A stretch of DNA of 64,000 bases from Candidatus Collierbacteria bacterium GW2011_GWA2_42_17. GTDB lineage: Bacteria; Patescibacteriota; Microgenomatia; UBA1400; MFAQ01. Shown in pieces: positions 39,206 through 49,474 of the stretch; position 1 is the first letter of the stretch; every line of letters starts with the position of its first letter. The stretch is taken from contig LCDA01000001.1 in the NCBI GenBank assembly GCA_000998275.1, positions 116,352 to 180,351 on the forward strand. Reading direction: 5' to 3'. Below the pieces are notes generated by a model. The model was given only the letters and a program-made list of their open reading frames with translations. It ran no database searches and was not told the origin of the DNA. The position numbers and the translations under genes were made by a program.

Positions 39206-40921
39206 ATGAATAAATTTAAAAACCTCATCTGGATTTTTGTGATATGTATTTTAGTGGTTAGTGCCGCCTTTACGGGATATAGATTAGCTTTTAGGAATTT
39301 AATTTTCCCCAAGGTGTCCGTGGCTGGTATTGGGGTGGGTGGAATGGATAAAATAACGGCTTTAAAACTTGTTAGTAAATATTTTTCAACAAATCCCAAC
39401 AACGTGATCTTAAGAATTAACGAGAAGGAAATTAATAAATTAGATGAGATCAAGGTGGAGCGAGATTTCAATTGGGCCATCGAGCAAGCATACTCGGTGG
39501 GAAGAAACGGAAATATATTAACCCAAGTATCTGAACAGTTAAGAACTCTTTACTCTTCGAGAAGTATTTCGGTGCCGATTAGTTATGAAGGGGATGATTT
39601 GGAAGTGTATGTCGACCAGTTAGCAACTGACTTTAATCAGAAACCAGTTTGGCCAAAATTGGTCATCGAAAAAGATAAAATTATGGCTGTATCGGGTAAA
39701 GATGGACTGGAGATAGATAAACTCCAACTTACAAGTAAGATTGTTGAAAGTTGGTCACTCCCGGATAAACAAATTATTGATGTGCCAACAGGGGTTGTCT
39801 CAGCGAAGGAAAATAAAGAGCTGGTTGATAGAGCAATTGCTTCTATAAACGAGTGGGGAGGGAGGAGATTAACCCTAAAACATGAGGGTTTTGAAACAAG
39901 TCTTAGTCAAGATGAGATGGTGGCTCTTTATGGATTGACACGAGAGGTTGTAAACAAAGATCAATTTGGAAATTTGTTAGCAAGAATACAACCATTGGTG
40001 GAAACGGAGTCCAGGGACGCAGTTTTTAGATTTGAAGAGGAAAAGGTTTTGGAGTTTAAACCCGAGGTTGTGGGAAGAGTAATTGACGTTCCTGCTTTTA
40101 ATGAAAAACTGGGTGAAGCTTTGGTAACGGCTAATAGTGAAATATTAGAAATTCCGGTAATTTTTTCTTACCCAAAAATTAAGGCCGGGGATATAAATAA
40201 CCTGGGTATTAAGGAGTTAATCGGAGAGGGTAAATCGCTGTTTTCTCATTCGATTCCAGGGAGAGTATTCAATGTTAATTTAGCAGCATCGAGGATAAAC
40301 AGCACAATTGTTGCTCCAGGTGAAGAGTTTTCATTTAATGATGCTGTTGGGGATATTTCAAAGGCGTCTGGATATCAGTCGGCGTATATTATCAGTGGAG
40401 GAAAAACAGTATTAGGCGATGGAGGTGGAGTGTGTCAAGTATCGACAACAGTCTTTAGAGCGGCTCTTAATGCGGGACTGACGATTACTGAGAGAAAAGC
40501 ACATGCCTATCGAGTGGGTTATTACGAGCAAGACAGCAAACCAGGAATTGATGCAACTGTATACAACCCAACAGCTGATTTAAAATTTTTGAACGACACA
40601 GGGAATCATATCCTGATACAAACCAAAGTCGACACAAAAAATATGAATATGAGTGTACAAATTTATGGAACAAAAGATGGTAGGGTGGCGAGTATTTCCG
40701 TCCCAAAAATTTCCTCGCAAACTCCGCCACCGGCAACTCTGTATGTTGACGATCCAACTCTACCTCTCGGACAGATGAAACAGATTGACTGGTCGGCCTG
40801 GGGGGCAAAAGTGTCTTTTAACTACAAGGTGACTAAGGGAACCGAGACATTATTTGAAAAGACTTTTTATAGCAACTATCAACCTTGGCGGGCAGTATAT
40901 CTTAAAGGAACAAAGATCTAG
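39206..40921 (+). CDS. VanW-domain protein with a putative peptidoglycan-binding region
   Basis: R..NV.LA, PGEEFSFN, GGGVCQVSTT.FRAA, ERKAH, DLKFLN. Confidence 0.9.
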   Translation: MNKFKNLIWIFVICILVVSAAFTGYRLAFRNLIFPKVSVAGIGVGGMDKITALKLVSKYFSTNPNNVILRINEKEINKLDEIKVERDFNWAIEQAYSVGRNGNILTQVSEQLRTLYSSRSISVPISYEGDDLEVYVDQLATDFNQKPVWPKLVIEKDKIMAVSGKDGLEIDKLQLTSKIVESWSLPDKQIIDVPTGVVSAKENKELVDRAIASINEWGGRRLTLKHEGFETSLSQDEMVALYGLTREVVNKDQFGNLLARIQPLVETESRDAVFRFEEEKVLEFKPEVVGRVIDVPAFNEKLGEALVTANSEILEIPVIFSYPKIKAGDINNLGIKELIGEGKSLFSHSIPGRVFNVNLAASRINSTIVAPGEEFSFNDAVGDISKASGYQSAYIISGGKTVLGDGGGVCQVSTTVFRAALNAGLTITERKAHAYRVGYYEQDSKPGIDATVYNPTADLKFLNDTGNHILIQTKVDTKNMNMSVQIYGTKDGRVASISVPKISSQTPPPATLYVDDPTLPLGQMKQIDWSAWGAKVSFNYKVTKGTETLFEKTFYSNYQPWRAVYLKGTKI

Positions 40922-40964
40922 GGTTTTTAATTTAATTTGATTCAATCTGAGTTAAAATAGGAAG

Positions 40965-41996
40965 ATGAAAGTTTTAGCAATTGAAAGTACTTGTGATGAA
41001 ACGGCGGCAGCGGTTGTGGAAAATTGCGGAGAGGGAGTAAAGATACTTAATAGTGTGGTAGCCAGTTCGGTGTTGATGCACCAAAAATATGGTGGCATCG
41101 TACCGGAAGTGGCGGCACGTGAGCAAATCAAAAGTATAATTCCGGTAATTACCGAGTCTGTTGGAGAAGATAAAGACTCGATTCAAGGAGTTGCGGTTAG
41201 CTTTGGCCCAGGGTTAATGGGAAGTTTGTTAGTGGGTGTAGAGTCGGCAAAAGCTTTGTCTTGGGCATGGAAGAAGCCTCTTTATTCTGTAAATCATATG
41301 GCGGCACATGTTTTTGCCAACTGGATAGTCGAAGACAAAAATACCGAAGTACCGATGTTCCCCGCCGTGGGATTGGTGGTAAGTGGAGGACATACTGACT
41401 TGGTATTAATGAAAAATACAAAAGAATGGGAGTGGGTTGGAGGAACTCGTGATGATGCCGTAGGAGAAGCTTTTGATAAGGCGGCGAGACTGTTGGGTCT
41501 TCCCTATCCGGGTGGACCGGAAATTTCCAAAGCAGTAGAAAGAGTAACGGTACAAATGAAAGAAAGGTTTGGTTCAAAATTTAAATTACCCAGACCACTT
41601 TTTAATGAAGACAGCTTGGATATGAGTTTTTCCGGTTTGAAGGCGGCAATTTCCAAGATAGTCACAACTTTAGGGAGCGTTGATGAGAAAACACGTGACG
41701 TGTTGGCGTGGGAGTTCTCGGAGGCAGTAATTGAGATATTAATTAAAAAAACGATGCTGGCAGTGGAGAGGTACAAGCCAAAAAGTGTACTGATGGCTGG
41801 TGGAGTGGCGGCGAATAAACAGTTGAGAGAGAATTTAAAAATGGCAGTTGAAGGTGTTGGGGAAGTTAAATTCTTTTGTCCGGAGCTTAGATATTGTGGA
41901 GACAATGCGGCAATGGTGGGAGCAGCCGCGATAATTGCTCCTCGCGAAGTAAAACCAGTAAATTTGAAGCCGGATCCAAGTGTGACAACGGTTTAA
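40965..41996 (+). CDS. tsaD: tRNA t6A threonylcarbamoyltransferase
   Basis: AIESTCDET, GGIVPEVAAR, NHMAAH, VSGGHT, TRDDAVGEAFDK, GGVAAN, DNAAM. Confidence 0.97.
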   Translation: MKVLAIESTCDETAAAVVENCGEGVKILNSVVASSVLMHQKYGGIVPEVAAREQIKSIIPVITESVGEDKDSIQGVAVSFGPGLMGSLLVGVESAKALSWAWKKPLYSVNHMAAHVFANWIVEDKNTEVPMFPAVGLVVSGGHTDLVLMKNTKEWEWVGGTRDDAVGEAFDKAARLLGLPYPGGPEISKAVERVTVQMKERFGSKFKLPRPLFNEDSLDMSFSGLKAAISKIVTTLGSVDEKTRDVLAWEFSEAVIEILIKKTMLAVERYKPKSVLMAGGVAANKQLRENLKMAVEGVGEVKFFCPELRYCGDNAAMVGAAAIIAPREVKPVNLKPDPSVTTV

Positions 41997-42136
41997 GGAC
42001 CAGTAGCGACTTATCCCTCTCCTCTAAATGTCATAAATTCTTTGACATCGCGACTGTAGTAGACAAGAGTATTTTTTCCTGTTCTTTTCTGTCCATGGCT
42101 GAATGTAGCGCGAGTGATGATAAAATCAAGAAGTAA

Positions 42137-44188
42137 ATGCAGAAAAATTACGATCATACACAGTTTGAAGATAAACTCTATAAAGCTTGGGAGAAAAGTG
42201 GTGTTTTTACTCCCCCTACTGGAGAAGAACTAATTAAGAGTGGTAAGAAGCCGTTCACTATCATTATGCCTCCTCCCAATGCAAATGATCCTTTGCATAT
42301 TGGACACGCAATGTTTGTAACGGTGGAAGATATCTTTATTCGCTATCACAGAATGAAGGGTGAGGCTGCCTTGTGGCTTCCCGGAACGGATCATGCGGGA
42401 GTTGAAACTCAGTTTGTGTTTGAGAAGAAACTGGCCAAAGAAGGCAAAAGTAGATTTGATTTTGATCGTGAGACTTTATACAAAATGATCTGGGATTATG
42501 TCCAGGAAAATACGGGGGTAGCTTTAAACCAGATGAAAAAATTGGGAGCTAGTGCGGACTGGAGCAGATATAAATTTACATTGGATCCGGAAATTATCGA
42601 GGAAGTAGTAAAGACATTTGGGAGGCTGCATGAAGATGGATTGATTTATCGAGCCGAAAAGTTGGTTAATTACTGTACCAGATGTGGCACGGCCTATTCC
42701 GAACTGGAGGTAGAGCATGAAGAAAGAGAGGATAAGCTTTATACCATTGATTATGGTCTGCTCAAAGTGGCAACTACCAGGCCGGAAACGATGCTTGGAG
42801 ATACGGCTGTAGCAGTGAATCCAAAAGACAAAAGATATAGGGACTTAATTGGAAAGACAGTTACTGTGCCATTAATTGATAGAGAGATTCCAGTTATTGG
42901 AGATGAGATGGTAGATATGGAGTTTGGTACCGGAGCAGTAAAAATTACCCCGGCGCATGACCCTAATGATTGGGAAGTGGGAGTAAAACACAAACTGGAA
43001 GTAGTTTCCGTGATTGGAACAAACGGAAAAATGACGGACAAGGCAGGAGAGTATGCCGGATTATCGGTAAGTGCCGCTAGAGAAAAAGTAATTGACGATT
43101 TGGGAAATAAATTAGTTGAGGTAAAACCATATGTTCACAGTGTCGGTGTTTGTTACCGCTGTCATCGAGTTATTGAGCCTCTACCAATCAAACAGTTCTT
43201 CATTAAGGTTAAACCTTTGGCTGACAAAGCTTTGGCTGCTTTGAACTCGAAAGAAACAGTAATTTTGGGAGCAGGAAGGGATAAAATTTTGCGCCATTGG
43301 CTTTTAAATCTTCGTGACTGGAATATTAGTCGACAGATTGTTTGGGGCATTAGGATCCCCGTTTGGTATACCGACGAGAAGAAACTCGATTATGTAGTGT
43401 CGGAGACCTCCCCCGGTGAAGGATATATTCAAGAAACAGACACTTTTGATACCTGGTTTTCTTCCGGGCAGTGGCCGGTGGTGACACTTAAAACAAATAA
43501 GCCGGAAGATTTTGAAGCTTATTATCCGACCAACATAATGGAAACGGCATATGATATTCTCCCCTTCTGGGTGATGAGAATGATGTTGTTGTCAATTTAT
43601 TTAACAGGAAAGTCACCTTTTAAATATGTCTATTTGCACGGACTAGTGCGTGATGAGCAAGGAAGAAAAATGAGTAAAAGTATAGGAAATGCCATTAACC
43701 CTCTTGAACTATGTACAAAGTATGGGACTGATTCTCTCCGAATGGCTCTGGTGATGAGCACTACTGCGGGACAGGATAGTAATACAGGAGAAAATAAAGT
43801 GAGAGGAATGAGAAACTTTGGTAATAAAATCTGGAATGCGGGAAGATTTATCGCCGAAAAACAGGCCGAGGATATGGTAATGACCGGAGAAAAAGACGGC
43901 GAGTTTACTAAAAAACTTTCCGAGGTGACGAATGAGGTGACTAAGCTCCTTGACCAGATGAAGGTGGGGTTGGCATCTGAGACGGTCTACAATGAGTTCT
44001 GGCACTGGTTTTGTGATGAGGGCATCGAAATGAATAAACAAAAAAAGGTGAGTGATGCAATGTTGAAAGAAGGATATAAAAAGATGCTCGCCCTACTACA
44101 TCCTTTTGTACCTTTTGTCACTGAAGCAATCTGGCAAGAGATGTTTGTCGACGAAGGACTACTGATTTCTTATTCGTGGCCGAAATAA
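42137..44188 (+). CDS. valS: Valyl-tRNA synthetase (no C-terminal coiled coil)
   Basis: PPPNA..LHIGHA, GTDHAG, ATTRPET, DWNISRQ..WG, DTWFSS, KMSKS. Confidence 0.95.
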   Translation: MQKNYDHTQFEDKLYKAWEKSGVFTPPTGEELIKSGKKPFTIIMPPPNANDPLHIGHAMFVTVEDIFIRYHRMKGEAALWLPGTDHAGVETQFVFEKKLAKEGKSRFDFDRETLYKMIWDYVQENTGVALNQMKKLGASADWSRYKFTLDPEIIEEVVKTFGRLHEDGLIYRAEKLVNYCTRCGTAYSELEVEHEEREDKLYTIDYGLLKVATTRPETMLGDTAVAVNPKDKRYRDLIGKTVTVPLIDREIPVIGDEMVDMEFGTGAVKITPAHDPNDWEVGVKHKLEVVSVIGTNGKMTDKAGEYAGLSVSAAREKVIDDLGNKLVEVKPYVHSVGVCYRCHRVIEPLPIKQFFIKVKPLADKALAALNSKETVILGAGRDKILRHWLLNLRDWNISRQIVWGIRIPVWYTDEKKLDYVVSETSPGEGYIQETDTFDTWFSSGQWPVVTLKTNKPEDFEAYYPTNIMETAYDILPFWVMRMMLLSIYLTGKSPFKYVYLHGLVRDEQGRKMSKSIGNAINPLELCTKYGTDSLRMALVMSTTAGQDSNTGENKVRGMRNFGNKIWNAGRFIAEKQAEDMVMTGEKDGEFTKKLSEVTNEVTKLLDQMKVGLASETVYNEFWHWFCDEGIEMNKQKKVSDAMLKEGYKKMLALLHPFVPFVTEAIWQEMFVDEGLLISYSWPK

Positions 44189-44209
44189 AAATTTGACATA
44201 CATATACCA

Positions 44210-44235
44210 AAAAGGCGCCGGGGAGGGCGCCTTTT
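44210..44235. terminator. Bidirectional terminator between valS and rplY
   Basis: AAAAGGCGCC-GGGGAG-GGCGCCTTTT. Confidence 0.8.
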
Positions 44236-44252
44236 CTAGGTCAATAATTTTA

Positions 44253-44945
44253 TTATTCTTTGGAAGCTTCCTCGGGTTTGGCTTCACCTTCGGCAGGTTT
44301 TTCGCCCTCCACAACTTCACCTTCGGCGGATGTTTCCGCTCCGGTGGCATCCTCAGGAACTTCTTCGACAGGAATGACTTCCTCTTTCATAGGTTCTTGG
44401 AGAGAGACAACCATTTGTTCCGGATCGGTTTTAATCTCGACTTCGGCAGATACTTTGGCATCGGAAACCAGAAGGTGATCACCAATTGCTTTGAGTGAGC
44501 TAATGTCGAAGGTAATACTTTCAGGAATTTCGGTAGGTAGAGCCTCAATTTCAATTTCGTTGAGAGATTGGGAGAGAACGGCTTCATTGGAAGCAACAAG
44601 TTCAGATTCTCCAATGATTTCGACTGGAACGTTGGCGGTAACTTTTTCTTTAAGATTAACTTGGTGAAAATCGACGTGGAGTTTGTCTCCGGTAATAGGA
44701 TTGAAGTGAACTGAGGTAACAAGAGTAGGACGTTCTTTGTCTTCACCTTCGACCTTGACATAAATAAGACTGGTTTCACCGGCCTCTTTGTAAACACGAT
44801 TAAACTCGACACCATTGATCTGAATAGCTTGACTTTCGATGGTTTTTCCAAAAAGATTGGCAGGGATGACGCCGGTACGGCGGAGTTGTTTGACTTTACT
44901 TCCTAAAACGGTTCTTTTGTCGGCTTTCAGTATAAATTTTTGCAT
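44253..44945 (-). CDS. rplY: 50S ribosomal protein L25/Ctc
   Basis: LRRTGVIPANLFG, HVDF, acidic tail. Confidence 0.93.
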   Translation of the reverse strand: MQKFILKADKRTVLGSKVKQLRRTGVIPANLFGKTIESQAIQINGVEFNRVYKEAGETSLIYVKVEGEDKERPTLVTSVHFNPITGDKLHVDFHQVNLKEKVTANVPVEIIGESELVASNEAVLSQSLNEIEIEALPTEIPESITFDISSLKAIGDHLLVSDAKVSAEVEIKTDPEQMVVSLQEPMKEEVIPVEEVPEDATGAETSAEGEVVEGEKPAEGEAKPEEASKE

Positions 44946-44983
44946 GATTCGTATTGTAACTTATTAGCCTTAGCTTCACAAGT

Positions 44984-47623
44984 TTATTGAGTGTTTTGAT
45001 CAAGAGTGAAGCCAAAAGAGGAAGTATGAGGAGGAAGGGTTATTTTCATAACAGCAGGTTCGGAGGTAAAAGGTGAAGTAACAACCTTGGGAAGTAAATT
45101 TTCAGGATAAATTATTTTGAGAGTGGTACCTGAGTCGGTAGTTCCCGGTTGGCGGTATTCGGTAATTGAGTAGGATAAAGGTGTAGAAAATGTTTCAGAA
45201 GTGGGGGTGGTTGTTTTTATCACGACTAAAGTGTCCCTGTTGGGAAAAATTGTCAGAGGAATTTTATAGACATCGAATGATCCTTCTATTGTTTTAGTGA
45301 CACCTTTGGTAGATGAGGGTAGATCATTTAAGAGTACTTTGTCGAGAGTGGATGGACTGGGAACATACAAATAATAGGTGTTGGCAATAGAGGAGTCTGA
45401 AGAAAATGTTTGGTTCGTGGTGTAGCTGATTTGATACTCGTGTTGAATTGATGAGGAAGTGATATTAATTGAGTGACTTAACAAACGTTTCGACCAAGGA
45501 TTTCTTCTGAGTGGTGAAATAGTAGACTCACTTAGAGAGAGTGTTTGGGCTGTGCAGACACTTGAGGAGGTGATGCCAGCATTGCAGGGGTGCGGAACAA
45601 TAACCCCGGAGTATGACTGGTATGTTAAGAGACGTTGGGTGCTGATATCGGATGACCAAATTAAAATTTGATTGTCCCCTATCGTTTTGGCAATAGTCCG
45701 CCCAAGAACAGGTAAAGAAATATTTTGATTAAACAGTCTATCCAGATATTGGTCAAAAATTTCCTGGTAAACTGCTGAACCTGAGGCTTCTAAATAACTA
45801 GCTTTATATTGATCAATTATGGGAGATTTTTCTTCCAATAAAAGTTGTTCGATGAGAAGGTTGTTGGTGGCAACAATAAAATCGAGTTTCGTTTTCAGAG
45901 TTTTTTCCAGGTATGTAGAAACCTCGACAGAAGATTTGGCGAAGTCAGGATTTTGTGTTAGGTTCACAAGTTTTGATTTAGGTGCAGAAGCAAAGCGGCT
46001 GTTTTTTGAAGTAGCAAGATCTGTGTCTTGGACGAGTTTCTCGAGTTCAGATTCGGTGAAATATTTTTTGGTGATGAGTTTACCTTGATTGAGAGTAAGA
46101 AGAAGATAATAATCAATTTCGCCACCACTTGGACGAAGAACCTGGCTGTTTTGAAGATATACAAGGATATTTTTAGTTTTGTCCCCCGATAAAACGGCCG
46201 GGATGATATCGGTTACTTTAATAAATTGAGCAACTTGTTCCTCTAAATTCTTTAGGTTTTTGTATTCATCATTATTTTTTAATTTTTTTTCAAGAAAACT
46301 TGGAATCTTGCCGCTGCTGCTTAAAAAGGATATTTGATTGAGATTTTCGTAGATTTGACTGAGATTAGAGTGCAGAGCAAGACTAAGGTCGTTGTAATTA
46401 GTTTTTGATTCTTCGTTGTTTAAAGACAGGAGAAGGTTTTCAGCCATGACGTAAGTTTGATGAAGATTTCCAAGACTGGATGAAGTGTAATCAATAAACG
46501 AGTAGAGATTAAAAATTTTTTCGGTGCTGCGTGGAGAAGCTAGATTGGATAGAGGTACGAGTGGCCTAAAGGTTGACTCCCCTATTTCTTTTAGTTTGAT
46601 TGAGTTATTTAGTGATGAAATAGACAGTTGGAGATTTCCATCAAGGGCTTGATTAATTGATTTTTCAAGCTGTAGCAGAGAGAGTCCGGTAGCTAAGGTA
46701 AACACTCCCCCCATAAAAATGATGATAACTACAGCAGCAATTAATAGATTGGTGCCTATTTTCTTGAATGTGGGGAGGCTGGTTTCCTTTTTAGGACGAG
46801 GTTGATAGATCCAGGTTAGTAGCCGATGTAGAGGATTTGTTTTTATAGGTTTGGTTTCGGCTTTTATCGAGCTGTCGGTATAAAAGGTGATTATTTGTTT
46901 TAGATCGTCAACAATTTCCCTTTCCGGATTCCAGTTGAGTTCTCCCCGAGATTTGTTGCCAATAGATCGTAAGGAATTAATTTCAGGATCATCTTTGCCG
47001 GTGGCATTAATTTCCGGTTCGTCTTGACTGACGGTAGAAATATTTTTCTTGAGGAGATAGGCTAGTTCGAGATCGGAAATTGGATCACCTAGTATCCAAA
47101 AGCTTTTACCGGAGGTGTTTGATAAAAAGAGAGTCTTAATAATGGCTAGGGTAAAGTCTTCAAGGGCTAGGGGAAAGTATAAATTTTCGCCCTTTCGAGA
47201 AATGTTTATTTTTTTTGACGTAATGGCTTCGTAAAATTGAGTGTCCAGTGGTGTTGAGGGATTTGGAGAGTAGTGTTGATAAACGTCCTTGGTAAAGATC
47301 AGGCGATGAAGAGGTTTGTCCTTTCCTAGATCATCAAGCATTTTTTGAAAATAATGGTTTTTTTCAATATCGAGGGAGTTTCCGTGAAGAATGATGACAG
47401 CGAGCTTGACATCATTTTCACGACAAGAATGATAGGTTTCAATGAGATTTTGACTGATGTGAGTAAGATCTTTTTGTAGATCAATAAGAAATATGCGATA
47501 AGCGAAGGTTCCCCCTTTATTTTTAACGAACTTTATTTCCTGGTGGAGTTGGTTGTCCAAAAAATTAACCTCTAAGTCGGAGTTGTTACTGCTTATTGAG
47601 ATTTGGACTTCCCTCTGTGGCAT
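44984..47623 (-). CDS. Membrane protein: degenerate NAD-epimerase-like N-terminus, TM, DUF4012-like domain
   Basis: 'NILVYLQNSQVLRPSGG' resembles DUF4012; 'LNWNP..I.D.L' resembles an extended-SDR C-terminus; YRQPGT near the end. Confidence 0.55.
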   Translation of the reverse strand: MPQREVQISISSNNSDLEVNFLDNQLHQEIKFVKNKGGTFAYRIFLIDLQKDLTHISQNLIETYHSCRENDVKLAVIILHGNSLDIEKNHYFQKMLDDLGKDKPLHRLIFTKDVYQHYSPNPSTPLDTQFYEAITSKKINISRKGENLYFPLALEDFTLAIIKTLFLSNTSGKSFWILGDPISDLELAYLLKKNISTVSQDEPEINATGKDDPEINSLRSIGNKSRGELNWNPEREIVDDLKQIITFYTDSSIKAETKPIKTNPLHRLLTWIYQPRPKKETSLPTFKKIGTNLLIAAVVIIIFMGGVFTLATGLSLLQLEKSINQALDGNLQLSISSLNNSIKLKEIGESTFRPLVPLSNLASPRSTEKIFNLYSFIDYTSSSLGNLHQTYVMAENLLLSLNNEESKTNYNDLSLALHSNLSQIYENLNQISFLSSSGKIPSFLEKKLKNNDEYKNLKNLEEQVAQFIKVTDIIPAVLSGDKTKNILVYLQNSQVLRPSGGEIDYYLLLTLNQGKLITKKYFTESELEKLVQDTDLATSKNSRFASAPKSKLVNLTQNPDFAKSSVEVSTYLEKTLKTKLDFIVATNNLLIEQLLLEEKSPIIDQYKASYLEASGSAVYQEIFDQYLDRLFNQNISLPVLGRTIAKTIGDNQILIWSSDISTQRLLTYQSYSGVIVPHPCNAGITSSSVCTAQTLSLSESTISPLRRNPWSKRLLSHSINITSSSIQHEYQISYTTNQTFSSDSSIANTYYLYVPSPSTLDKVLLNDLPSSTKGVTKTIEGSFDVYKIPLTIFPNRDTLVVIKTTTPTSETFSTPLSYSITEYRQPGTTDSGTTLKIIYPENLLPKVVTSPFTSEPAVMKITLPPHTSSFGFTLDQNTQ

Positions 47624-47866
47624 TTATTTAAGTATAAACGAAGATACTTGGTGAAGTATTTTGAATTATCTTTGTATTTACATTTTCTATTTTTTAATTT
47701 GTGCTCATTTGATTTATTATTATGTGCCTGATTTGAGGTAATTTATGTTCATACTTTTCACACATGAAAATCTAAACCTGAGGCTATCTAAAGTTATCCA
47801 CAGCATTAATGGTAACAAAAACCATTGTTATAGAAATAAAAGCCGTGGTGGAAATAAAAGGGAAGT

Positions 47867-48298
47867 CTACTTATCGAGAGCTTCGTTTACCAGTTTGTCC
47901 GCTTCTTTATTTTGTTCACGAGGAACGGTAATAAAAGTCATGAGTTCTATTTGACCTTTTTCTCTTAGACTCCTGACCAGGTCAACCACTTGTTGACGAA
48001 GGGCTTTGAGGTGAGGAAGTTTTACTTTATATTTGCCGGTGATTTGTCTGACTATCAGCTCCGAGTCAAGAATATATTTTAGTTTTTGACTGAAGATCTT
48101 TTTTTCAAGGAGAACCTCGAGACTTCTAATGACGGCGGTATACTCGGCAACGTTATTGGTATTTTCACCAATAGTTTCTGAGATGGTGAAGACCTTTTTA
48201 CCGCTTGAGTGGGCATAGACGCCTATGCCGGCAGGACCAGGATTACCACGAGAACCACCATCAGTATTTATTTCCAGAAGTTCATATTTTTCAGTCAT
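47867..48298 (-). CDS. rnhA: Ribonuclease HI family protein
   Basis: TDGGSRGNPGPAG, TNNVAEY, DSEL, PREQN.EAD. Confidence 0.9.
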   Translation of the reverse strand: MTEKYELLEINTDGGSRGNPGPAGIGVYAHSSGKKVFTISETIGENTNNVAEYTAVIRSLEVLLEKKIFSQKLKYILDSELIVRQITGKYKVKLPHLKALRQQVVDLVRSLREKGQIELMTFITVPREQNKEADKLVNEALDK

Positions 48299-48307
48299 GT
48301 AGGTATT

Positions 48308-49450
48308 TTAGAACATAATTGCCAAAGCGAAAAGGAAAATTAGTTTGTTTTGGGGGAGAGTCCAGAAATAGTGGTCAAAGGTGCCGGTGAAAATGACGAT
48401 AGCAAGGAGTCCGAGAACAAGGGGGTTGGTCAAGATCTTAAAGGTCTTTTTTTTTAGAGCGGTAATGATGAGAAATAGCGAACCGAGAATACCCATTTCA
48501 GAAAGATAAAGATAGATGAGATTATGAACGGGCTGAAGTTTGGAGGGGGTTAAAAAGGAACCGGGGAGAAGTTTTTCTAAAGAGGGAATGAAGTTCCCTA
48601 GACCGGTACCGGTAAGAGGATTTTGAAGAAGAATTTTTTTGAGATAGAAAAAATAGAAGAGGCGATCAGATATAGGTTGCCAGCTGGAGATAAAATTTTG
48701 TAGAAATGGTTGAACGAAGGTAAAAAGAAGAGAAAAAATGATAATTATTTCTGGTTTAAGGTTGAATAGAAGAAAGGCAAGAAAAATAATGGCTGATTTA
48801 GAAAAGGTAATAATAATTCCAACGAAGGGAATTATTTTGTGCCAAGGCCGAGATGCTTTTTTAAAGAAGAGATAAAAAACGATAAGAAGATATCCGGCAA
48901 GAGAGTTTGCGTGGGAGAAGGTACTAATAGGCCGGAGGATTTCCTGTCCAAAAAAATTGAAGCGTCCAATTCCAGGGGTGATGGAGGAATAGGTTCTTTC
49001 ACCAAGAAAGTAGAGAGGGCCGCCAAGGGATGATTGGAAGAGTAATTGAAGTACTTCCAAAATAACGACAAAGGATGTACCAAAAAGAAGGGGAGAACTA
49101 ATATCTTTCCATTGGAGTTTCCGAAGACGAAGTGTGAGAAAAACTAAAAGATAGAGATTAAAACGGAGCCACCAAAACAGGGAGTTGAGGGGAGAAATGG
49201 AAAATAGAGTATTGAGAAAAATAATTGACAAAAATATACCAAGGGGAAGGAGATTCTTTTTAAGATAAATTAAAATTAGTTTTAGATTTAAGGAAATTAA
49301 GAAAATCAACAGAATGTCGAGAAAATAGAGAGTAGGTGAGAGATAATCAATTTTGATGCCGGCGACACGAGAAAAAGCTGGCCAAAAGTGAAGACCTAGC
49401 TGGGTAGGTAAGAAAAGAACAATAATCTTAATTAAGAGGTTGCTTAGCAC
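48308..49450 (-). CDS. O-antigen ligase-like (WaaL/Wzy_C) membrane protein
   Basis: RP.STFSHAN.LAG, TFSKSA, PLTGTGLGNF, QPVHN, FDHY. Confidence 0.8.
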   Translation of the reverse strand: MLSNLLIKIIVLFLPTQLGLHFWPAFSRVAGIKIDYLSPTLYFLDILLIFLISLNLKLILIYLKKNLLPLGIFLSIIFLNTLFSISPLNSLFWWLRFNLYLLVFLTLRLRKLQWKDISSPLLFGTSFVVILEVLQLLFQSSLGGPLYFLGERTYSSITPGIGRFNFFGQEILRPISTFSHANSLAGYLLIVFYLFFKKASRPWHKIIPFVGIIITFSKSAIIFLAFLLFNLKPEIIIIFSLLFTFVQPFLQNFISSWQPISDRLFYFFYLKKILLQNPLTGTGLGNFIPSLEKLLPGSFLTPSKLQPVHNLIYLYLSEMGILGSLFLIITALKKKTFKILTNPLVLGLLAIVIFTGTFDHYFWTLPQNKLIFLFALAIMF

Positions 49451-49474
49451 TTGCCCCGATTGTACAAGAAAAAC

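Noticed and set aside
39206-40921. VanW as a vancomycin-resistance locus
   Set aside because: No vanA/B/H/X/R/S neighbours; the VanW domain alone does not imply resistance
42031-42033. TGA read-through (genetic code 25)
   Set aside because: TGA ends bona fide genes (9836, 19008) and conserved genes have no internal TGA
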